Made by a program: the position numbers and the translations under genes
Source: Spirochaetia bacterium
Lineage (GTDB): Bacteria > Spirochaetota > Spirochaetia > DSM-2461
Assembly: GCA_963666985.2 (NCBI GenBank)
Contig: CAXXIA010000002.1
Location: 1,088,001-1,152,000, forward strand
DNA: 64,000 nt
Direction: 5' to 3'
Notes under the pieces: generated by a model
Told to the model about the DNA's origin: nothing
What the model saw: the letters and a program-made list of their open reading frames with translations, nothing else
Databases searched by the model: none
Shown here: piece by piece, positions 57,568 through 64,000 of the stretch
How positions within the stretch are numbered: the stretch's first letter is position 1
Layout of the letters: each line of letters begins with the position of its first letter

Positions 57568-58863
57568 ATGGATTCCGTCCCCATTGTGCAATCGGGTAAA
57601 CCTTACAGGCCGTTTACGGTCAAAGTCATGAATTCCATCGGACGATCCGTCCGAAAAGCGGGAATCAACGCCATCCCGCTGAATCCGGATAAACTGATGG
57701 AAGAAGCCGTCCGCAAAACCGGCTATTCCGATTTCGGAAACGATGATTTCGAAAAAGGCCTGCGGCTTTTTATGGAAAGCCTGGAGGAAGAAGCCGAACT
57801 GAACTTCCTCGGACGCGTAATCGCTCAGAGCTACACGGACTCCAACCTGGCGAACCGGCTTCTGATACTGGAACGGCGCAAGAACAATCCGCGCGTTCAG
57901 GATGAGCGAATCGAAGCGCCTCTGGTGATTGTCGGACTCCCGCGAACCGGTACGACGATTCTCCATGCCCTACTCGATCAGGACCCTGCCAGCCGAAGCC
58001 CTCTCTTCTGGGAAGTGGATTATCCCGATCCGCCTCCTCTGCCCGAAACTTGGGAAACCGATTCTCGGATAGCCCGGCAGCAAAAGACTCTGGACAACCT
58101 CTACCGCATGGCTCCGGATTTCAGAGCCATGCATCCCATGACGGCCCTCATGCCTCAGGAATGCGCCGCCGTCTTTACCCTATGCTTCCGCTCCGAACAG
58201 CTTCAAACCCAATTCAATGTGCCCTCATACCAGGCATGGCTGGATGAGGCCGCGATGGAATCCACCTATGCGTTCCATCGCATGTTCCTTCAGCATCTCC
58301 AGTCCGGCGGGGTAAGGGGAGAACGATGGCTTCTCAAATCCCCGGCCCATTTTGCCCGTTTGGATTATCTTTTCCGGGAATATCCCGATGCACGCGTTAT
58401 CCATACGCACAGAAATCCCATCGATGTCTGCGCTTCGGTTTCCAGCATGACGGCCACGCTGAGGGGAATGTCGAGTGATGCCGTTGATCTAAAGGCCATA
58501 GGAGAGCAGCAGCTCGATTGGTGGGCAAAAACGGTGGAGAAATCCCTTCAAAACAGAAAAAAAATGCCCGATAAAAACAGGCAAATCTTCGATGTTGAAA
58601 TGAAAGAGCTGGTATCCGATCCTCTTGGGACAATTAAAAGAATATATGACTTTTTCAACATGGAACTCACCGAATACACCGAAGCGGCCATGAACGCCTA
58701 TTTAACGGAAAACTCACGGAATAAGTACGGCTCCCATACCTACAGCCTGTCGGATTTCGGATTGAACCGGGAGAGGGATAAACACCGCTTCGACGAATAC
58801 GTTTCATACTACGGCTTGGAGGAGGCGAAGACACCCTATGAGCTTTCTTTCTCGAAGAGCTGA
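57568..58863 (+). CDS. PAPS-dependent sulfotransferase family protein
   Basis: 5'-PSB loop GLPRTGTT, WLLKSPAH and 3'-PB HTHRNP....S. Confidence 0.88.
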   Translation: MDSVPIVQSGKPYRPFTVKVMNSIGRSVRKAGINAIPLNPDKLMEEAVRKTGYSDFGNDDFEKGLRLFMESLEEEAELNFLGRVIAQSYTDSNLANRLLILERRKNNPRVQDERIEAPLVIVGLPRTGTTILHALLDQDPASRSPLFWEVDYPDPPPLPETWETDSRIARQQKTLDNLYRMAPDFRAMHPMTALMPQECAAVFTLCFRSEQLQTQFNVPSYQAWLDEAAMESTYAFHRMFLQHLQSGGVRGERWLLKSPAHFARLDYLFREYPDARVIHTHRNPIDVCASVSSMTATLRGMSSDAVDLKAIGEQQLDWWAKTVEKSLQNRKKMPDKNRQIFDVEMKELVSDPLGTIKRIYDFFNMELTEYTEAAMNAYLTENSRNKYGSHTYSLSDFGLNRERDKHRFDEYVSYYGLEEAKTPYELSFSKS

Positions 58864-59920
58864 CGCACGTGCCTTCGGCGGCTTTGTTTCCGCACTCAAA
58901 GGATTCGAACGAAAATTCCGCCATCGCCGTTTCCTTAAAGGGGATACGGAAATCGCGGAAGGATACAAAGCGGTTCTCGATCTGATTTCCGTGGGTTTGG
59001 ACTGCTATGTCTACAACTCTCCGTACGAACCCCGGTTTATTTCCCTTGTTTCCCCGGAACGAAAAATCGGCGGTGACAACGCGGATGCTTTGTACTTCTT
59101 TGCTCCCATCTCCCCGGACAGAACGTATACAATCAGAGGAACCGTCGGACGGACGGCCTACATCGGTTTTACCGTATACGGCGGAAAAACGCCGAAAAAG
59201 TTTCATATCGTCGGTAACTTTTCCACGCCGGATGTCGTCATCGAAAAAGACGGAAGTTTCACATTGATCCTCGGCCCCGGTGCGGAAGGACCGAATGCCG
59301 TACCCACCGACAATACGGCGAACTGCGTTATTATCAGACGCTACTTCACGGACAAACAGGAAATGACGGAAGAACCCGGCATTCAAGATATATCAACCGA
59401 CGCTCCTATCCCCGAGAAACCGCTCCTGCACACCTCCGAATCGGTTGGAACAACAATGCGAAACTTCGAACAGTTCCTCCGGGGCTGGTTCCGCATTCTG
59501 CCGATGATTATGCCACCGATTCCGAAGGTCTTTAATAAAATGACTCCGCCGCGCCCGGCCTCGACGGATACGGGACATTGGTCCACGCCCGATAATATCC
59601 ATTCCATGGGGTTCTACCGCCTTCGGGACAATGAGGCCCTCATCATTAAAGGACGCTCACCGAAATGCACATACTGGAGCGTGCATCTCTGGAATCCCTA
59701 CCTTCAAACCTATGACTATCAAAGATGTTCATGCGCGCTCAGCGGCGCGGATGTTCGTCTTGAAGATGATGGAAGCTGGGAACTTGTTGCCGCGAAAAAA
59801 AATCCCGGACGGCCGAACTGGATCGACACCGCCGGGCATAACCGCGGCATGGTTTATTTCCGCTGGCTGCAGGCGGAAGAAACGCCCGAGAAGCCGGAAT
59901 GCCGCATCGTGGATATATAG
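58838..59920 (+). CDS. DUF1214-like protein
   Basis: GGDNADALY, Y.I.G.VG, DGSF.L.LG, PDN.....Y.L...EAL, YWS..LWN, DDGSW and PNWIDTAG...G...FRW. Confidence 0.75.
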   Translation: MSFLSRRADARAFGGFVSALKGFERKFRHRRFLKGDTEIAEGYKAVLDLISVGLDCYVYNSPYEPRFISLVSPERKIGGDNADALYFFAPISPDRTYTIRGTVGRTAYIGFTVYGGKTPKKFHIVGNFSTPDVVIEKDGSFTLILGPGAEGPNAVPTDNTANCVIIRRYFTDKQEMTEEPGIQDISTDAPIPEKPLLHTSESVGTTMRNFEQFLRGWFRILPMIMPPIPKVFNKMTPPRPASTDTGHWSTPDNIHSMGFYRLRDNEALIIKGRSPKCTYWSVHLWNPYLQTYDYQRCSCALSGADVRLEDDGSWELVAAKKNPGRPNWIDTAGHNRGMVYFRWLQAEETPEKPECRIVDI

Positions 59921-59984
59921 CCGACCGAATCCGATTCAACTCTTCCGGAGGAAACCGGTGTTTTCAGCCGTGAATCGGCGGCTC

Positions 59985-60350
59985 TCAATCATCCTCGTAG
60001 AGTTCGTTAATGCTATCCCAGGCTTCGGGATTATCGGCGCGCAGTCCCCAGAGCAGTTCGCCCGCGGAAACAAGAAGAGACGCCTGGATTAACCTCGCCT
60101 TCTCCGGCTCCATGGAGATTCCGGGAAAAAAGCGCACTGTCTCCTCTTCATTCATTTCCAAGGTCGAACGAACTTCCTCGGCCAAGGCATTCTTGGAAAT
60201 TCGAGTTAAGCCGTTAACATCCTTCAGGAGTTCCGGGTTCCAATTCATTCGTTCGAGACGATCGGCGGCCCACTCGATATCTTCCGCTTCCGGGAGAGCC
60301 TCAATTCGAGCCAGAAGCGCCTCCGCCTTTTCTTTATATGCTTCCTTCAT
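59985..60350 (-). CDS. Hypothetical acidic protein, 121 aa
   Basis: ATG after GGAG, with good coding bias. Confidence 0.6.
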   Translation of the reverse strand: MKEAYKEKAEALLARIEALPEAEDIEWAADRLERMNWNPELLKDVNGLTRISKNALAEEVRSTLEMNEEETVRFFPGISMEPEKARLIQASLLVSAGELLWGLRADNPEAWDSINELYEDD

Positions 60351-60487
60351 ATCGCTTCTCCATAAATCTAAGTATAAAAGGAACATCAACACTCTTTCGC
60401 GGGAGCTTATTCAAAAATACGCTAAAAAACGCATGATAGCATTTCCTTGACTGTCCGACCGGCCGGGTCTAGTATCCTGATTCAACA

Positions 60488-61825
60488 ATGAACAGAAAGA
60501 ACGTCCGGATTCTTCTGGTGGACGACGATATTACACTGACGTCTCTTATCAAAGATCTGCTGGAAACCAAAGGATACGCCGTTGATCTCGCGAATTCCTA
60601 TGAAGAAGCCGAAGAACGTCTCAATCTCTATCGCTACCGGGTCGTTGTGTCCGATTTTGTCATGCCCGGCAAAACGGGACTGGACCTTTTAAAATTCTGC
60701 ACTCAAACCAGCAGAGACATGCAGTTCATCATGGTTACGGCCTTCGGCAGCATCGAAAACGCCGTTGAAGCCCTGAAGATGGGCGCCTTCGACTATCTGA
60801 CGAAGCCGATACAGATAGACGAACTCCTCATTATTATCGAGAAGGCTCTGGATCACGGAGAACTCACGGCCCGCAACCGCTTCCTTACGCAGGAACTGGA
60901 TAAAATGGACGAGTACTGCTTCGAAAGCCGCTCCGACAATTACCTTTCACTTCTGAAAAGCGTCGAACAGGTGAAAGAGGTTTGTTCTACGGTGCTGCTT
61001 CAAGGTGAAACGGGAACGGGAAAGGAAGTTCTCGCGAAGCTCATTCACAGCGGGGGGCCGTGCAGGAACGGCAACTTCGTTCCTATTAACTGCGGAGCTC
61101 TGCCGGAAAGCCTTCTGGAAAGCGAACTTTTCGGTTACGAGAAAGGCGCCTTCACCGACGCCGTCAAAGACCAGACGGGGAAACTCGAATTCGCCGACGA
61201 AGGCACGCTCTTTCTCGACGAAGTTGAAGCAATGTCGCCGAAAGCTCAAATCTCCCTGCTCCGATTCCTGCAGGAAGGAGAAATCACCAGACTGGGTTCC
61301 AATAAAAGAATCCGCCTGAATGTTCGGATTATCGCGGCGACGAACAAAGATCTTATCGAAATGTGCCGGGAAGGATCTTTTCGGGAAGATCTCTACTACC
61401 GCATCAGCGTTTTCCCCATGGAAATCCCTCCTTTAAGAGAACGCAAGGATGATATTCTCGTCCTTGCCGACTGGCTCCTCGAATGTATGGGCCGAAAACT
61501 CTCACGCCGTATCGCCGGCTTCTCATCCGAGGCGCAAAAGGCGCTTCTCTCCTATCCCTGGCCGGGAAACATTCGGGAACTGCGGAACTGCATCGAACGA
61601 GCCGTCATCGTGGAAAGAAGCGGAACCGTTCAAAAAGACTCCCTTTTCCTGCGGCCGATAAAAACACTTCCCATGAAGTTTGACGAAATCGGCCTGATCC
61701 CCCTGAAAACTCTCGAAGAATCCTATATTTCCTGGGCCTTGGGTGAAATGGAAGGGAATAAAACCGCCACCGCCGAAGCTCTGGGCATTTCCCCCCGCGG
61801 TCTTTACTACAAGCTGGACCGATGA
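60488..61825 (+). CDS. Sigma54-dependent response regulator (NtrC/AtoC family)
   Basis: Receiver domain, GETGTGKE, ESELFG, GAFTDA, FLDEV, FREDLYYR, WPGNIREL and Fis HTH. Promoter TTGACT-17-TAGTAT at 60447-60475. Confidence 0.95.
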   Translation: MNRKNVRILLVDDDITLTSLIKDLLETKGYAVDLANSYEEAEERLNLYRYRVVVSDFVMPGKTGLDLLKFCTQTSRDMQFIMVTAFGSIENAVEALKMGAFDYLTKPIQIDELLIIIEKALDHGELTARNRFLTQELDKMDEYCFESRSDNYLSLLKSVEQVKEVCSTVLLQGETGTGKEVLAKLIHSGGPCRNGNFVPINCGALPESLLESELFGYEKGAFTDAVKDQTGKLEFADEGTLFLDEVEAMSPKAQISLLRFLQEGEITRLGSNKRIRLNVRIIAATNKDLIEMCREGSFREDLYYRISVFPMEIPPLRERKDDILVLADWLLECMGRKLSRRIAGFSSEAQKALLSYPWPGNIRELRNCIERAVIVERSGTVQKDSLFLRPIKTLPMKFDEIGLIPLKTLEESYISWALGEMEGNKTATAEALGISPRGLYYKLDR

Positions 61826-63507
61826 AGCATCTCCGGTACAGGGTATTTTTTCAGGTCCTGATACCGACACTCTGTATATACCTCGTCCTGACGGGCTTGG
61901 CTTTTATTGTTTATCGAAATGCCTATAAAGCCTCAATGATCGAAAAAAAGAACACGGAACTCCTCAACATCTCCCGTGTGCTGAGCGACTGGGTTTCCGG
62001 CCGTGTGAGGGAACTGATGATCCTCGCGGGATCCGAAGCGTTCGACGATGAAGATGAAGAACGATATCGTTCCTACTTGAGCCAGAGGAAAAAAGGCCAG
62101 TCGTTCGATTTCGATCAGCTCTGGTTCTTCACCGAGGACGGAAAATTCTGGAACACAGGAAATGAAAACGGCTCCATCTCCCGGTATGAGGAATTTCGGC
62201 GCTATTTTACCGGAGAACTGCTCTTTTTGTATTACATTCCGGATAATTTCCGTTATGAATCACGGAACGGCATCGTCGTTTTCGCGGTTCCTGTGCAGCG
62301 TAAAGGGAAAATCATCGGGCTTCTCGGGGGATCCGTCAAACTGACGGAATTGACACGGCTCATGCGGTATTACACCCATGAGGTGTTCGATATCGCCGCT
62401 CTGGTCGACCTTTCGCATCAGTCCGAGAAGGGACTCGGCGGGCGAATCATCGCTCATGTTGATGAAAATCTCATCGGGATTCCCGAACGGACCGCCTTCG
62501 GGGAAATTTACACGGCAAACACGCACCGGCGGGAGGAAAACATCTTCGTTACCACCCTGATCAACAATTGGAAACTCGTCGGAATGATTGAAAGTAAAGC
62601 CCTCTTCTTCCAGCTCACGGGCATCGTAAAGTTTTTCATTTTAATTATGCTCCTCATCGTGATCGTCATCAGCGCCATCGCCATTGGAATTTCCAGACTG
62701 ATTTCCCATCCTGTCGTTTCGCTTACCGACATGGTGAACAAGATGATACAGGGTGACTACGGCAACGAAATTACGGTTAAAACCAATGACGAACTTCAGT
62801 CACTGGCCGGCGCATTCAACCTCCTGAACAGAAGAAATCTCCAATTGAGAACCGACGACCGCTTCAGTTTCCTCGGGCGCATCTCCTCAAGGATGGCCCA
62901 CGAAATCCGCCACCCCCTGCAGGTAATTCAGATTGCCGCCCAGTCGATGGATAAGGAGAACTACCGGGAAATGGGAGAGGTTATCTCACGGGAAATTAAA
63001 AACGCGGGGAAATTCGTTCGGGAGATTCTGGAAATCGCAAAACCGAACGAATTGAGCCTCGAGAAATATTCCATGACGAGACTGCTGGAAAACATCCATA
63101 AAAAAATCCTCATTCTGGGAAAGGAAGCGGGGATTTCCGTTGAACTGCACCCCGAAGCCGAAAGCGATACATTCTTTTTCGACGTCCTCAAGATAGAACA
63201 GGTTCTGACGAACATACTGACGAACTCCCTCGAAGTCTCCGAAAAAGGGGGAAAAATCGTCATTCGCATCGTTAACGACGCCGAGCAACGCATCGTCATT
63301 TCCATCTCCGATACAGGCCCTGGCTTCGATAAGAAAACGATAGACCGGATATTCGATCCTTACTTTACAACGAAGGTCAACGGGACCGGTCTCGGACTTT
63401 CCATCTGTTATCAGATTCTCGCCGCCCACGGCGCCCACATCGAATTGGACGATAATCACCCGAAAGGCGCACTGACACGCATCATCTTCCCCTCAATGTC
63501 GGAATAG
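61822..63507 (+). CDS. Sensor histidine kinase (Cache-like, HAMP, HisKA, HATPase)
   Basis: Two TMs flanking a periplasmic domain, HAMP DEL..LA.AFN, H-box AHEIRHPL, DTGPG, FDPYFTTK and GTGLGL. ATGA overlap with the regulator. Confidence 0.93.
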   Translation: MKHLRYRVFFQVLIPTLCIYLVLTGLAFIVYRNAYKASMIEKKNTELLNISRVLSDWVSGRVRELMILAGSEAFDDEDEERYRSYLSQRKKGQSFDFDQLWFFTEDGKFWNTGNENGSISRYEEFRRYFTGELLFLYYIPDNFRYESRNGIVVFAVPVQRKGKIIGLLGGSVKLTELTRLMRYYTHEVFDIAALVDLSHQSEKGLGGRIIAHVDENLIGIPERTAFGEIYTANTHRREENIFVTTLINNWKLVGMIESKALFFQLTGIVKFFILIMLLIVIVISAIAIGISRLISHPVVSLTDMVNKMIQGDYGNEITVKTNDELQSLAGAFNLLNRRNLQLRTDDRFSFLGRISSRMAHEIRHPLQVIQIAAQSMDKENYREMGEVISREIKNAGKFVREILEIAKPNELSLEKYSMTRLLENIHKKILILGKEAGISVELHPEAESDTFFFDVLKIEQVLTNILTNSLEVSEKGGKIVIRIVNDAEQRIVISISDTGPGFDKKTIDRIFDPYFTTKVNGTGLGLSICYQILAAHGAHIELDDNHPKGALTRIIFPSMSE

Positions 63508-63652
63508 TGTGACGGAATTGCGAACAATGTGCAATTTTTGCAGACATCGAAGATCTTCTTTTTATATCTGCACCGAAAAAATCATGAACAGTTTAATTTT
63601 ATTTATTTCCCGTATCTATACTTGTCGGGAATCAACATAAAGGAGGCTTTTC

Positions 63653-63668
63653 TGGCACGGTCCGTGCA
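63653..63668 (+). promoter_or_regulatory. Sigma54 promoter of dctP
   Basis: TGGCAC-ggtcc-GTGCA. Candidate upstream activator palindrome TGTGCAATTTTTGCAGA at 63528-63544. Confidence 0.75.
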
Positions 63669-63692
63669 AAGGATCAGCCAAAGGAGTGTATC

Positions 63693-64000
63693 ATGAAAAA
63701 AATACTGTTCACGTCTCTACTGCTGATTTTCGCGTCCTCGCTGTGCTTTGCCGCAGGATCTTCGGACAAAGCGGAAGGGGCCGTTGAGCCCATCGTGCTC
63801 AAAATAGGCCATTTCGCCGCCGAGGACCATGCGGGACATGCCGCATGCGTTATGTTCGCCGATGCCGTGAAGGAGAGAACCGGCGGAGCCGTCACCGTGG
63901 AAATCTTCCCGAACAATCAGCTCGGCGCTCCTCCGGAAGTTCTGGAGCAGAACATCCTGGGGGCCATCGACATGAGCCTGCCGACGCAGGGCCAACTGGC
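63693..64000 (+). CDS. dctP: TRAP transporter substrate-binding protein (5' part, truncated by window)
   Basis: SD AAGGAG, signal peptide, LKIGH, FADAVKERTGG.V.VEIFPNNQLG...E.LEQ...GAIDM. Confidence 0.9.
   Translation, partial: MKKILFTSLLLIFASSLCFAAGSSDKAEGAVEPIVLKIGHFAAEDHAGHAACVMFADAVKERTGGAVTVEIFPNNQLGAPPEVLEQNILGAIDMSLPTQGQL

Noticed and set aside
1..64000. tRNA, rRNA, tmRNA, IS elements, integrases, prophage or defence genes
   Set aside because: None recognised by eye. The GGTTCGA-like hits (26361, about 32374) lack cloverleaf context. A tRNAscan/Infernal run would be needed to be certain.

Overview
This is 64 kb of chromosomal DNA, most likely from an anaerobic spirochaete (class Spirochaetia). 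The taxon is inferred from spirochaete-type hypothetical proteins, many lipoproteins and a LysM lipoprotein. I saw no rRNA, tRNA, CRISPR array, prophage or IS element. Gene order: serS (3' part), NeuB-like synthase, phosphohexomutase, AT-rich GGDEF gene, trpS, orphan OmpR-family regulator, porin-like protein, lipoprotein, AI-2E transporter, engB, aroK-aroC, and an SLC13/DHDPS-like/FadR module. Next come an oxidative-stress cluster (rubrerythrin, desulfoferrodoxin, ferritin and a rubredoxin missed by the ORF track), an MggS-like GT4 and a predicted electron-bifurcating [FeFe]-hydrogenase operon. That operon contains an embedded stand-alone GHKL ATPase and is divergent from rex-DRTGG-PHP. The rest is LPP20, FecR-like, ychF, phnDCE, msmK-like, LysM lipoprotein, an LpoB-COG3014-LPP20-M15 peptidase operon, hom, glgP, a vWA protein, modABC, a sulfotransferase + DUF1214-like pair, and an NtrC-type two-component system before a TRAP dctP. 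Several genes carry single-base indels, mostly in short homopolymers, that look like long-read errors. The most interesting signals are (1) at least 11 genes with a -10 hexamer 6-8 nt before the start codon, most without a Shine-Dalgarno, suggesting pervasive leaderless mRNAs; (2) the ATPase/PHP/DRTGG/Rex module at the hydrogenase; (3) a sigma54 promoter before modABC; (4) the sulfotransferase-DUF1214 pair; (5) the LpoB lipoprotein operon; and (6) a PhnE with a large extracytoplasmic insertion. All family assignments are from motif recognition, not database searches.
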